Of a DNA stretch of 64,000 nt, positions 34,521 to 44,581 are shown one piece after another. The position numbers and the translations under genes are program-made. The stretch covers positions 9,508 to 73,507 of the forward strand of contig JBHPHX010000001.1 in assembly GCA_042571515.1 (NCBI GenBank), written 5' to 3'. Position 1 is the stretch's first letter, and each line of letters opens with the position of its first letter. The stretch is from Patescibacteria group bacterium (lineage in GTDB: Bacteria > Patescibacteriota > WWE3 > UBA101185 > UBA10185). The notes beneath the pieces are model-generated. The model saw only the letters and a program-made list of their open reading frames with translations, was not told the DNA's origin and searched no databases.

Positions 34521-34706
34521 TACATCCCGGAACCATATTAACTAAACCACGACACCCAAGGTGGGCGTGATGAGTTAAACAGCTCCAGAAAACCCTCTAG
34601 TTTACCTTTTCTAAGAAAATATACATATATATACCCACCTCGCAAAGAGACACGATGAATCCCACAATGGGCATTATGGTATCTATCATCTCCCTACTCA
34701 TGCCGT

Positions 34707-35012
34707 TCACAACTCACCTCCTAAATTATTTTCTACTCCCATCGTTTTTTTCCTCTTTCGTTCATACCAATACAAAAAGGGGAAAATGGTGGCAACACAG
34801 AAACGAAATACCCATGGTATGCTATAACCCGTTTCCAACAATACAACTCTTTCAAGTGAAAGTTGGAGCTGATATCCATAGAATATCCACACAAGAAAAA
34901 TAATGGTTAGTGCAAATTCATTGCGGACTCGTCTAGTCCAATGGGCAACAAGCATACTAAGAACAACAGCAAAGGGCGCAGACAACAAGGTTAAGCTCAC
35001 CCAATCGTCCAT
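34707..35012 (-). CDS. Small membrane protein (101 aa), hypothetical
   Basis: ORF track; two hydrophobic segments. Follows recR. Confidence 0.35.
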   Translation of the reverse strand: MDDWVSLTLLSAPFAVVLSMLVAHWTRRVRNEFALTIIFLVWIFYGYQLQLSLERVVLLETGYSIPWVFRFCVATIFPFLYWYERKRKKTMGVENNLGGEL

Positions 35013-35085
35013 AATTTAACCTCCTCATTAACTAAAATCCAACCAAATAATCCAATTTGTATGAATATTACCACACTTTTTATTT

Positions 35086-35685
35086 TTATATTTGGAAGTC
35101 TTTGCGGCCCTCAAGCGCACGAGAAAGCGTGATGTCATCTGCATACTCAATGTCTCCCCCAACAGGGAGCCCCCTTGCAATTCTTGTAATCCTCACCTCA
35201 GGTTGTTTCTCTTTCACTTGTTTTGCAATATACATTGCTGTAGACTCTCCCTCCATACTTGAATTTGTAGCCAAAATAATCTCAGTTTGCCCATTTAATC
35301 TATCCATAAGTCCACTAATAAAAAGCTCCTCTGGCCCAACACTATTTAATGGATCAATTAGTCCGTGCAGCACGTGGTACAAGCCTTTAAAGCCTGTTTT
35401 TTCCAGTGCAAAAGTGTCCAGTGGATGCGCAACCACAATTATAATTTCCAAATCTCTGGAAGTATCATCACAAACACTACACTCATCGTTCTCTGAGATA
35501 TTTTTACAAATAGAACATAGCTTAGTTTTGTTTTTCAGCTCTAATAATGACTTGGAAAAGTTATCCAAATACTCCTGTGGGAAATGGAGCAAATGAAAAG
35601 TAAGTCTTTGGGCCGTCTTGGGACCCACCCCAGGCAGGCTTTGGAACGAATCAATTAGTCTTGTAATAGCGCGTGGAATTTTCAC
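35086..35685 (-). CDS. recR: Recombination protein RecR
   Basis: LIDSFQSLPGVGPKTAQRLTFHLL (HhH), C4 zinc finger and Toprim domain. Confidence 0.9.
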   Translation of the reverse strand: MKIPRAITRLIDSFQSLPGVGPKTAQRLTFHLLHFPQEYLDNFSKSLLELKNKTKLCSICKNISENDECSVCDDTSRDLEIIIVVAHPLDTFALEKTGFKGLYHVLHGLIDPLNSVGPEELFISGLMDRLNGQTEIILATNSSMEGESTAMYIAKQVKEKQPEVRITRIARGLPVGGDIEYADDITLSRALEGRKDFQI

Positions 35686-35692
35686 TTCAATA

Positions 35693-37261
35693 TCATATCA
35701 TTGGAAGACCACCATCCAAAACCTCCACCAACTCTTCGGGGCTTTCCTGCTTTGAAACCCCCTCTGGTATTACAATATTCATATCTGTAAGCTTGCCGGT
35801 TTCCTTGTTACTAAGGCTTTTTCGGGCTTTTTTCTTCACAAGACAGGACACCCCAAGTGGTACTCCCAACACATCTGAAAAAATCTCTTCAATAATCTTT
35901 CTGTTTTTGATGGATTCAATTCTTTCCTTGTGAAAGTCAAATGGAACTTCAATTTCCAAACTTCCCTCTATCACTTGAACAAGTGCGCTGCTTTTCAAAA
36001 GAGCCATTATAGAATTATTAACTTCTGATGCCCTATTAAGTACCAGTATCCATTTTTCCTTTACCTCATCTACTGACATTTTCACATTTTTTCCAGGTTT
36101 TTTTCTTTCTTCCGTTTTGTCATTGCGACCAGCCTGCGCAGGCAGGGGGCTCCGCTTAGCGGGGGAAGTGGCAATCTTTTTTGGAGCCTTCGGCGACGGG
36201 GCAATCTTCTCAGGTTCCACACTGCTATATTCGGAACCACATAACTCCACAATTGCGAGTTCAAGAGGTAATTGGGTAATAAAAGAGTTCTTTGTCTCAC
36301 TATGAGCCTTCATTATAGTGTCTGTGATTCTAACGGTTTGGGCTGAATTCGTTTCCTTTAGCACAGAATCTAAGCTACGAGGCTCCTCAATGGCGCCTGA
36401 TTGTGCAAAAAGTAATTCTCGCAATATACTTAGAAACCCACCAATCCAGGTATATAAATCCACTCCCTCATTATCTAGTTTTTCAACTACATGTAGTGCC
36501 TCCCTAACATCTTTTCTCACAATGTATTCCAGGAACTCCACGTAATTGAGTCTGGTGCCTAGGTTTGTTAAGGTCTCAACATCCAACCCTCCCTCAATAA
36601 CCTGTTGTAGTATTGTCTCCCCATCTCTAAAACTTCCACTAGCTGCCCGAGCAATGTGCCTTAAACCCTCTTTGCCTAACTCCTGTCCTTCCTCCTTTGC
36701 CATTTTGTCTAGTCTTTTTACTAGCTGTTCAATTGTTGCTCTCTTAAGTTTAAAAACCTGGCATCGAGACTTGATTGTGGCTGGAATTTTGTGGAATTCT
36801 GTTGTGCAGAGTATAAAAGTTGCATGAGCTGGAGGTTCCTCCAAAGTCTTTAGTAGCGCGTTAAAAGCCTCCGTTGTAAGCATGTGCACCTCATCTACAA
36901 TATAAACCTTTTGTTTCCCTCCAGCGGGGGCTAGTTTAATCCTCTCCCTTAAATCCCTAATATCATCTATACCTCGGTTACTGGCGGCGTCAATTTCAAT
37001 AAGATCTAAAAAACTACCTTCCTTTATACCTTTACAGGAAACACACTTTCCACAGGGGTCTCCTTTTTCGCTAACGCTTTTGCAATTTAGAGCTTTGGCT
37101 AAAATTCTTGCTATAGTGGTCTTCCCTATTCCACGTGGACCCACAAGTAAATATGCGTGGGCTGTCTTACCCTTTTTAATTTGAGTAGATAGCGCCTTGG
37201 CTACCTCATTTGGTTGGGCCATCTCACTAAATTTTTGTGGGCGATATCTAGTGTAAAACAT
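35693..37261 (-). CDS. dnaX: DNA polymerase III subunit gamma/tau
   Basis: HAYLLVGPRGIGKTTIARILAKALNC (Walker A). Contains the heptamer A_AAA_AAG at 36176-36182 on the coding strand. Confidence 0.9.
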   Translation of the reverse strand: MFYTRYRPQKFSEMAQPNEVAKALSTQIKKGKTAHAYLLVGPRGIGKTTIARILAKALNCKSVSEKGDPCGKCVSCKGIKEGSFLDLIEIDAASNRGIDDIRDLRERIKLAPAGGKQKVYIVDEVHMLTTEAFNALLKTLEEPPAHATFILCTTEFHKIPATIKSRCQVFKLKRATIEQLVKRLDKMAKEEGQELGKEGLRHIARAASGSFRDGETILQQVIEGGLDVETLTNLGTRLNYVEFLEYIVRKDVREALHVVEKLDNEGVDLYTWIGGFLSILRELLFAQSGAIEEPRSLDSVLKETNSAQTVRITDTIMKAHSETKNSFITQLPLELAIVELCGSEYSSVEPEKIAPSPKAPKKIATSPAKRSPLPAQAGRNDKTEERKKPGKNVKMSVDEVKEKWILVLNRASEVNNSIMALLKSSALVQVIEGSLEIEVPFDFHKERIESIKNRKIIEEIFSDVLGVPLGVSCLVKKKARKSLSNKETGKLTDMNIVIPEGVSKQESPEELVEVLDGGLPMI

Positions 37262-37298
37262 ACATGCGTAGTATAGGTTTTAAAAACCTAAGTATCCA

Positions 37299-37826
37299 CT
37301 AATTAGGGTTTGTTGAAGCACTAAGATGCTTTGTTACAATAGGCAAAAGTGATTTTATTTTCTCTAACTCTTCATTTGAGAAATTAGTCAGAACCCAATC
37401 ATCAGTTTCAACATTTGGGTTTTGAGATCTACCAATTCCCACCCGTACCCTCCAAAAATCTTTAGTTTTAATACTATCAATGATACTTTCCACACCTTTA
37501 TGTCCAGCAGAACCAGATCCAAATTGCCTTTTAACTACTCCAAAACCCAAATCTACATCATCATGGATGACAATTAGGTCTTGGGGATTAACTTTATAGT
37601 AATTTAGAGCCCTGCTCACACAATCTCCTGACTTATTCATAAAGGTCTGAGGTTTGACATACACATTATTGTAGGGGTCTTTAGAAATTGTACAGACCTC
37701 ACCCACTAACTTATTATTTTGGTGCCATCTCAAGCCTGAAATTTCATCTAGCAGGATGAATCCTAGGTTGTGTCTATTCTTCTTATACTTCTCACCGGGG
37801 TTTCCAAGCCCAACAATAAGTCTCAT
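37299..37826 (-). CDS. pth: Peptidyl-tRNA hydrolase
   Basis: MRLIVGLGNPGEKYKKNRHNLGF. Confidence 0.9.
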   Translation of the reverse strand: MRLIVGLGNPGEKYKKNRHNLGFILLDEISGLRWHQNNKLVGEVCTISKDPYNNVYVKPQTFMNKSGDCVSRALNYYKVNPQDLIVIHDDVDLGFGVVKRQFGSGSAGHKGVESIIDSIKTKDFWRVRVGIGRSQNPNVETDDWVLTNFSNEELEKIKSLLPIVTKHLSASTNPN

Positions 37827-38128
37827 TCATCCCCCTTGTGATGTACACCAAGTAAATGCAAAACACCGTGCTTTACTAAAGTTGCAATTTCTTCCTCTAA
37901 AGTATTTCCATGGTCACCGGCTTGTCTTGCAGCTTGATCTTTATTTATAATAATGTCTCCCAAGTAATCTTCGTCACTTTCTTCACCAAAAGATAGGACA
38001 TCCGTTACTTCATCCTTGTTGCGATATTTTTTATTTAGTTCTTGGATTTCAGCATCATTGCTGATCTTCACCGAAATATTCATATAAAATCCCTTCCAGA
38101 ATCTCTTTTTCTGAACTCTCCTTATCAA
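37823..38128 (-). CDS. ybeY: rRNA maturation endoribonuclease YbeY (short form)
   Basis: LNKKYRNKDEVTDVLSF and HGVLHLLGVHH (H..H...H zinc motif). Confidence 0.7.
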   Translation of the reverse strand: MIRRVQKKRFWKGFYMNISVKISNDAEIQELNKKYRNKDEVTDVLSFGEESDEDYLGDIIINKDQAARQAGDHGNTLEEEIATLVKHGVLHLLGVHHKGDE

Positions 38129-38360
38129 TTAGATCCTGTCTGTCTGCTTTTTCGGCTCCTTCAATGGCATCTACTCTCATTTTGATTTGTTTTTTGATAA
38201 CTTTTCCAATAATTTCATCTGTTAGTTCCTCACCAGAAGGTCTTAGCTCAATTTCTTTATTCTTTATAGCTGCAATCAAAAAACGCAAAACCCCCACCTT
38301 TTCGGCATCCTTTTGCTTAAAATATTCTAATTGTTTTTTCTGTAAGGACTCTAGTATCAC
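38055..38360 (-). CDS. GatB/YqeY domain protein
   Basis: [14 protein letters not shown]...[25 protein letters not shown] pattern of YqeY. Confidence 0.65.
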   Translation of the reverse strand: MILESLQKKQLEYFKQKDAEKVGVLRFLIAAIKNKEIELRPSGEELTDEIIGKVIKKQIKMRVDAIEGAEKADRQDLIDKESSEKEILEGILYEYFGEDQQ

Positions 38361-38548
38361 TTTCTTAGGTTTTCCAAATAAATTTTCCTTGCTAATTCTT
38401 TCTTTTTTAACCTTTTTTGTTCACTTGGTTTTGAATATCTTTCTCTGTCTCTTACCTCTTGTAGTATTCTGGCCCTATATACTTCTCTGTTAAACCTTCG
38501 CAGTGCTTGCTCTAGAGATTCCCCCTTTCGCACTTTGACTTTTGTCAT
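38357..38548 (-). CDS. rpsU: 30S ribosomal protein S21
   Basis: [23 protein letters not shown]. Confidence 0.9.
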   Translation of the reverse strand: MTKVKVRKGESLEQALRRFNREVYRARILQEVRDRERYSKPSEQKRLKKKELARKIYLENLRK

Positions 38549-38707
38549 TATATCAATATGGTTGTTAGCTTAGTACACCTCCAAACAGTGTAAATTTTGT
38601 ACCCCAAATACAGTCCGAGTATATAGGCATTTTTTGTAAATAGCAAATTAGCTTTCTTTGGATTTGGCTAAGAAACGATCAAAAAGTGGATCTTAGGATT
38701 TGTTGTA

Positions 38708-39835
38708 CTAAAGGACTATTCTAAAGATATCTTTTATAGTAATTAGAGCTAGGAGACTTAGGAAAAAAACCAGTCCCCATCTATGTACCGCCGCTTCAAA
38801 CTTTTGATGCACCCTTTTCCCAGTCACCTTTTCAATCATTATAAATAGCAATCTACCACCATCAAGTGCCGGGAGAGGTAAAACATTCAAGAAGGCTAGA
38901 CTAAGAGACATCAAGGCAGTTAGATCTATCAAACTTAGGACTGCGTTAGCTCTATCGTACGTGAGAATAGCGTCCACGATACTATATATGCCTATTGGTC
39001 CTGCAACACCGCTAGAAACTGGTTTTATACTTTTTGTGTCTAGCGAAATTTTAATAAACTCTCCAAAAGTATTGAAGGTATATGCCATCATATTGTACGC
39101 ATGCATAGGACCCGCAGATATAGTTGAGGGGTAAACAATATTAACCGCTTCAGAAAGGTATACGCCCAGCCTGGCCTCTCCTTCACTATTTAAAACAGGA
39201 GTCGTATTTACAACGCGTGAGCCCTCACCACGTAAATCCTGGCTATCTCTCACCAACAAGCTAACTTCCATTTCCTTCTTACCCGACATTGTATTTCTTA
39301 TATCCTCCACACTATAAACGGGGGTGTTATCTATTTCTAAAACAATATCCCCCACTCTCAAACCAGCACCCTCACCATAAGAACCCTCCATAAAATCGGT
39401 TATTACTGTATTAATATAAACGGGCTCTCCAAATTTAAACTTATGGTCAAAAAACACGGGAATGGTCATGCTTTTGTTACCAGTGGAGAAAAAAAATACG
39501 GTATACAAAACCAAACCTAGTAATAGATTCATAGACACCCCAGCCACAATTATACAAGCTCGCCAACCGGTAGATTTGTTTAAAAAACTTTTGGGGTTAT
39601 TTTGAGTATTCTCGTTTTCATCATCTTCCCCATAAAGCTTAACAAAGCCCCCAAACGGCAGGGCGTTAATAGAGTAGGTGGTCTCTCCAATCTTCTTGCT
39701 AAAAAGCCTGGGTGGAATACCCAATCCAAACTCCTCGACCAATACCCCGCTCTTTTTGGCAACGGCAAAGTGGCCAAGTTCGTGCACCAAAATAAGAACA
39801 GATAATATTAGGAGGAATATAAGCAGAGATATCAT
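38708..39835 (-). CDS. rseP: RIP metalloprotease RseP (site-2 protease, M50) with PDZ domain
   Basis: HELGHFAVAK (HExxH). Central PDZ. C-terminal LDGG. Confidence 0.85.
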   Translation of the reverse strand: MISLLIFLLILSVLILVHELGHFAVAKKSGVLVEEFGLGIPPRLFSKKIGETTYSINALPFGGFVKLYGEDDENENTQNNPKSFLNKSTGWRACIIVAGVSMNLLLGLVLYTVFFFSTGNKSMTIPVFFDHKFKFGEPVYINTVITDFMEGSYGEGAGLRVGDIVLEIDNTPVYSVEDIRNTMSGKKEMEVSLLVRDSQDLRGEGSRVVNTTPVLNSEGEARLGVYLSEAVNIVYPSTISAGPMHAYNMMAYTFNTFGEFIKISLDTKSIKPVSSGVAGPIGIYSIVDAILTYDRANAVLSLIDLTALMSLSLAFLNVLPLPALDGGRLLFIMIEKVTGKRVHQKFEAAVHRWGLVFFLSLLALITIKDIFRIVL

Positions 39836-40380
39836 ACTCGCATTAAATCCTTTTTCTTACTTTCGCTAACTTTTTCAATCTGTTCTACAAATTCCTTTAC
39901 CATTTCTTCAACTCTTTCCTTTTCTGCAAACTTTTTATCGTCACTAATTTCTTTGTCACTATGAAGATTATCAATATCCTTCATGGCCTCTTGTCTTATA
40001 CTTCTCATGGAAACTTTGGTTTCCTCCGCTTTTTGGGATACAAGTTTGGCTAGCTCCACGCGCCTTTCCTCTGTTAGAGCAGGTATGGGAATGCGAACAA
40101 TCCCCGAGTCCTCCACAGGATTGAGACTTAATTTACTTTCCCTAATTGCTTTAGCTATAACATTTGCTAAGTTTTTATCCCAAGGTGTAATCAAGATAGT
40201 CTGAGCGTCTTGCAATGTAATGGACCCAAGTTCCTTGAGCATCATTTTGGACTCGTAAGCTACTACTTCTATATCTTCCACCAAAGATGGGTTAGCCCGA
40301 CCAGTTCTAATTTGGGAAAATTCAGTTTTTAAAAAATCGACTGATTTTGATAATTTATTTTTCAGTTCAGGTATATCCAT
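39832..40380 (-). CDS. frr: Ribosome recycling factor
   Basis: Full-length RRF-like. RTGRANPSLVE and EERRVELAKL. Confidence 0.9.
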   Translation of the reverse strand: MDIPELKNKLSKSVDFLKTEFSQIRTGRANPSLVEDIEVVAYESKMMLKELGSITLQDAQTILITPWDKNLANVIAKAIRESKLSLNPVEDSGIVRIPIPALTEERRVELAKLVSQKAEETKVSMRSIRQEAMKDIDNLHSDKEISDDKKFAEKERVEEMVKEFVEQIEKVSESKKKDLMRV

Positions 40381-40412
40381 CTATATGATTGTACACGAAA
40401 TTGGCAAGGGGC

Positions 40413-40865
40413 CTAATCGCTTATAGAGTATTTAACAAACTTCTTGATCTCTATCTTTTCTCCCAGCTTTGCTGTTACTTCATTAATATAATCCTGCACA
40501 GATTTACTGGGGTCACGCATATATTCAGCCTCTAATAAGTCCTTAAGATTTTTGTAGTCCTCTGTACAAACTTGCATAGCAATTTCACGTACTAACTTTT
40601 GAAAATCCTCAGTTTTGGCTACAAAATCGGTCTCGCAAGCAACTAAAATTAGGCTTCCTAATTTGCCGTTGGTATGAATATAGGAATGAACTAGGCCATC
40701 GCTTGCATTTCTATCAGCTTTTTTTGCAGCCTTTGCACCTGCTTTTGACAAGAAATGTTTTTTGGCCTTATCCAAATCCCAATCAAACTCTTCTAATATT
40801 TTCTTGGCTTCCATGACACCTGCCCCAGTGTCCTCTCTAAGTTGTTTTATCTTTTTTGGATCCAT
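40413..40865 (-). CDS. tsf: Elongation factor Ts (short 150-aa form)
   Basis: IKQLREDTGAGVMEAKKIL (UBA-like N-terminus). rpsB-tsf order. Confidence 0.8.
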   Translation of the reverse strand: MDPKKIKQLREDTGAGVMEAKKILEEFDWDLDKAKKHFLSKAGAKAAKKADRNASDGLVHSYIHTNGKLGSLILVACETDFVAKTEDFQKLVREIAMQVCTEDYKNLKDLLEAEYMRDPSKSVQDYINEVTAKLGEKIEIKKFVKYSISD

Positions 40866-41613
40866 CTTCTTTTTCTTCCTTTTTCAATTTAGTACCATAA
40901 TCTTCTATCCCGGCTTCAATTGCGTCTGCTATAGTTTTTGTAATAAGGGCAATAGACTTAATTGCATCGTCGTTTCCAGGTATAAGATAATCTATATTTT
41001 CCGGGTTTGTATTAGTATCCGCCAAAGCCACTACAGGAACCTTAGCAGCTTTTGCTTCTAAGACTGCTGTCTTCTCTTTTTTGGCGTCTATAACAAATAA
41101 GGCTTTAGGTAAAACGCTAAGCGTGGAAATTCCTCCAACATATCTTTCTAGTTTTTCAATTTCCCTATCAATTAGTAACCTTTCTTTTTTGGTATACTTC
41201 TCAAGCTCTCCTGCTTCTTTTCTTCTTTTTAACTCAATTAATTTATCAATGTTATTCTTTTTGATAACAGAGTGGTTTGTGATTGTACCGCCGAGCCACC
41301 TTTCCGTAATGTACAAGGCCCCAGACCTTTTTGCCTCTATTTCTATAATATCCCCTGCTTGCTTTTTGGTACCTACAAAGATGATTTTTCCACCCTCCTT
41401 GGCTATCTCATATAAGAAATCTGCTGCCTTTTTGAGCAACTCCTCAGTTTTTTCAAGATCAATAATGTGAATTTTCTTGCGAACGGTGTAAATATATGGC
41501 TCCATGTTTGGGTGCCATCTTTTGGTTTGGTGACCATAATGAACGCCGGCTTCAAACAGTTCTTCAATTTTTGGTACTTTGTATTTTGCTGCCATACAGG
41601 AGGAATGTATCAC
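40837..41613 (-). CDS. rpsB: 30S ribosomal protein S2
   Basis: LFEAGVHYGHQTKRWHPNM. Confidence 0.9.
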   Translation of the reverse strand: MIHSSCMAAKYKVPKIEELFEAGVHYGHQTKRWHPNMEPYIYTVRKKIHIIDLEKTEELLKKAADFLYEIAKEGGKIIFVGTKKQAGDIIEIEAKRSGALYITERWLGGTITNHSVIKKNNIDKLIELKRRKEAGELEKYTKKERLLIDREIEKLERYVGGISTLSVLPKALFVIDAKKEKTAVLEAKAAKVPVVALADTNTNPENIDYLIPGNDDAIKSIALITKTIADAIEAGIEDYGTKLKKEEKEDGSKKDKTT

Positions 41614-41648
41614 AAACTAAAGACCGAGACAACAGTTAGATTGTGGGT

Positions 41649-43781
41649 TTAGTCTTGTTTTTCTTGAAGGGGGTTCTTCCAAGAGGAGTATTCGCAATTG
41701 GGGTATTCGCTACAACCATAAAAGGTTCTGCCCTTGGCCTTTTTAACCACTATTTCGCCTTTTTCACAGTCGGGACACTCCATACCAATCTTTTCCAAGA
41801 AAGGTTTGGTGGTTTTGCAGTCTGGGTAGTTGCTACATGCCAAGAACTTCCCAAATTTACCTCTTTTTAGTACAAAAGTTCCATCTTTACACTCTGTACA
41901 TTTTCCAAAATCTGTTACCTCTTCCCCATTTTCATCTGTCACTTTATCTTCCTCTAATGGTCTTGCAAATTTACATTCCGGATAATTAGAGCAGCTCACA
42001 AACTTCCCATATTTACCCAGTTTAAAGATTAGCTCCTTTTCACAATCGGGGCATTTTTCTCCCACCTCACCCAGATTTGTTACATCATGCTTATTTAGTT
42101 CCCCATCCTTTTTCTCTAACTCTTTTTCAAACGGACCGTAGAAATCCTTTATCATAGGCACCCACTCTCTTTTGGCATGCGCAATCTCATCTAAGTTATT
42201 TTCCATCTCAGCAGTAAATTCATAGCTAACTATCTTTGGAAAGTGCTCCACTAGAAGATCTGTGACTACGTAAGCCACATCCTCGGGTTTGAAGTATCTA
42301 CCCTCACGTACTACGTAACCACGGGCTCTAATAGTAGAAATCGTGGGTGCGTATGTTGAGGGTCTTCCAATACCAAGTTCCTCCAGTTTTTTGATTAGAG
42401 AGGCATCTGAGTACCTTGCTGGAGGTTGGGTAAAGTGTTGACTCATATCTAACTTTTTAAGCTCCACTGACTCATTTTCACTCACTTTTGGTAACTCATT
42501 TAACTTCTCAAGGTCGGAACCTATACCTAACCTCTTCCCTACCTCTAACCACCCCAAAAAGCTGATAACTGAACCGTTCGCCTTGAATTCATACGCATTA
42601 CTGGATTCTATTAAAATAGAGGTCTGATCATAAATTGCTGGAAGCATCTGGCACTCTAGGGACCTTTTATAAATTAGGGCATATATTTTACTTTCAGCTG
42701 CTCCTTTTACACTACTAGGCAATGGATTAAGGCTAGTTGGGCGGATTGCTTCATGCGCCTCTTGTGCACCTTTGGACTTTGTCTTATAAAAAATGGCCTG
42801 ATCGGGAAGAAACTCCTTACCAAATTCTTTGGCAATATAATCTCTGGCTTGGTTTACAAACTGGGGGGACATACTTAAAGAGTCTGTCCTGTGATAAGTA
42901 ATTAATCCCTTCTCAAATAATTTTTGAGCTGCTCTCATAGTGTTTCTTGCAGACATCCCAAAGGTGTTGGCTGCTGTTTGTTGCAAAGTCGAAGTTTTAA
43001 ACGGCGCATAGGGGTTTCTTTTTCTTTGTGTTTGTTTAACCTGAGTTACTTTGTAATTAATACCCTCTTCTTTAAGCTCCGATTTTATCTGATTGGCTTG
43101 TCTTTCATCCTTAATTTCCAATTTCTTACCATCTTTTTTGTTTAAGCTAGCCTCAAATTCTTCCTTTACCTCCGTGCTAAACAGTGCGTTCCCATTCCAA
43201 TATTCGTCTGGCTTGAACTCATCTCTCTCACGTTCCTTTTCTACAATTAGTCTGACCGCAACGCTCTGGACCCTTCCAGCCGATAGCCCATATCTTACTT
43301 TTTTCCAAAGCAGAGGAGAGAGTTTATATCCCACAAGTCTGTCCAACACTCTGCGGGCTTGTTGAGAATCTACTAGATCATCATTTATCTCTCCGGGGTG
43401 TTTAAAAGCTTCTTCAATGGCCCCTTTTGTTAGCTCATGGAATATTACTCGCTCAAAATGAGGCTTGGTACCTTTTTTGGGAGTGAGTAGATATTGTAAA
43501 TGCCAAGCAATAGCTTCCCCCTCTCTATCCAAGTCTGTGGCTAGAACAATGCTTTCGCTTTCTTTGGCGCTTTTTTTGAGTTCCCGCAAAACCTTCTTCC
43601 CTTTGGGACTTACAACGTATTCGGGTTCGAATTCACCTTCTACATCTACGCCTAAGCCGCTTTTTGGGAGGTCACGAATGTGGCCGTTTGAGGCCTTAAC
43701 AACGTAGTTTTTATCTAAAATGTTTGAGAGAGTCTTGGCTTTTGTCGGCGACTCTACTATGACTAGCTTTTTCCCGGGCAT
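41649..43781 (-). CDS. topA: DNA topoisomerase I
   Basis: Toprim N-terminus (KLVIVESPTKAKT) and active-site Tyr region. Three C-terminal C4 zinc ribbons (CPDCE..., CTECKDG..., CPDCEKG...). Confidence 0.9.
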   Translation of the reverse strand: MPGKKLVIVESPTKAKTLSNILDKNYVVKASNGHIRDLPKSGLGVDVEGEFEPEYVVSPKGKKVLRELKKSAKESESIVLATDLDREGEAIAWHLQYLLTPKKGTKPHFERVIFHELTKGAIEEAFKHPGEINDDLVDSQQARRVLDRLVGYKLSPLLWKKVRYGLSAGRVQSVAVRLIVEKERERDEFKPDEYWNGNALFSTEVKEEFEASLNKKDGKKLEIKDERQANQIKSELKEEGINYKVTQVKQTQRKRNPYAPFKTSTLQQTAANTFGMSARNTMRAAQKLFEKGLITYHRTDSLSMSPQFVNQARDYIAKEFGKEFLPDQAIFYKTKSKGAQEAHEAIRPTSLNPLPSSVKGAAESKIYALIYKRSLECQMLPAIYDQTSILIESSNAYEFKANGSVISFLGWLEVGKRLGIGSDLEKLNELPKVSENESVELKKLDMSQHFTQPPARYSDASLIKKLEELGIGRPSTYAPTISTIRARGYVVREGRYFKPEDVAYVVTDLLVEHFPKIVSYEFTAEMENNLDEIAHAKREWVPMIKDFYGPFEKELEKKDGELNKHDVTNLGEVGEKCPDCEKELIFKLGKYGKFVSCSNYPECKFARPLEEDKVTDENGEEVTDFGKCTECKDGTFVLKRGKFGKFLACSNYPDCKTTKPFLEKIGMECPDCEKGEIVVKKAKGRTFYGCSEYPNCEYSSWKNPLQEKQD

Positions 43782-43851
43782 ACCCCAACAGGATACATGA
43801 GGTTAAATTTTTGTCAAAAAAGCAGGAGCTCTGAGCTTCGTGGAAACCTGT

Positions 43852-43887
43852 ACCAACCAAATTTCTAGTTTAACTAGAATATTGATC
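43852..43887. repeat. REP-like palindromic repeat (ACCAACCAAATTTCTAGTTTAACTAGAATATTGATC)
   Basis: Perfect palindrome TTCTAG-TTTAA-CTAGAA. Shares 17 nt with the 27664-27680 copy. Confidence 0.6.
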
Positions 43888-43917
43888 TTCCAACCCTGTG
43901 GTTACAATTCCTATCTT

Positions 43918-43941
43918 TCAAAATTCCAATCTAACTAGAAA
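43918..43941. repeat. REP-like repeat copy (CAAAATTCCAATCTAACTAGAAAC)
   Basis: Near-identical to 27651-27672. Confidence 0.55.
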
Positions 43942-43984
43942 CAACTATATATACAAATATCTCCAAGGTACTTATCTTTACATT

Positions 43985-44578
43985 ATGCCTTCGCCAAATG
44001 CTTTAAAAATATATGAACCAGGCGGCATTTACCACGTCTTTAACAGAGGGGTAGATAAAACAAATATATTTTTGAGTGAGGACGATTACAAATATTTCCT
44101 ATATTTACTTGAACGCTACCTTCTACCACCAAACAAATTTAATGCATACAGAGTGAAAAACTATCATAATAGAATTGATCTTCTAGCATATACATTGATG
44201 CCTAACCATTACCACTTATTGATAAAACAAGTAGACACAACAGGCATGCAGGAGTTTGTTCAAAGTCTTTGTTTGTCTTACGCAACGCGCTTCAACAAAA
44301 ATCATAAACGTGTTGGTCATCTATTTCAGGACCGTTATAAAGCTACGAGAATAAAAGATATTCTCAGTTTACTAAGGGTTTCAAAATATATTCATAGGAA
44401 TCCCAGTGAATTGGATGCAGATATATTCAAATATCAGTTTTCGAGCATCAGAAATTATATAGGGTCAACTGAGTTGATAGACAAATATGTGGATTCCTCC
44501 GAGATAATGCAATATCTCGATAACGATAGCAGCCTATATAGAAACTTTATGCAAGAACTGTCCTTGCACGAGCTCTGA
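43985..44578 (+). CDS. Y1 HUH transposase (IS200-like / REP-associated tyrosine transposase)
   Basis: GGIYHVFNRG, HUH motif MPNHYHLLIK and catalytic Tyr region GHLFQDRYKA. The track ORF starts at 43898; the likely start is MPSPN. Confidence 0.8.
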   Translation: MPSPNALKIYEPGGIYHVFNRGVDKTNIFLSEDDYKYFLYLLERYLLPPNKFNAYRVKNYHNRIDLLAYTLMPNHYHLLIKQVDTTGMQEFVQSLCLSYATRFNKNHKRVGHLFQDRYKATRIKDILSLLRVSKYIHRNPSELDADIFKYQFSSIRNYIGSTELIDKYVDSSEIMQYLDNDSSLYRNFMQELSLHEL

Positions 44579-44581
44579 GCT

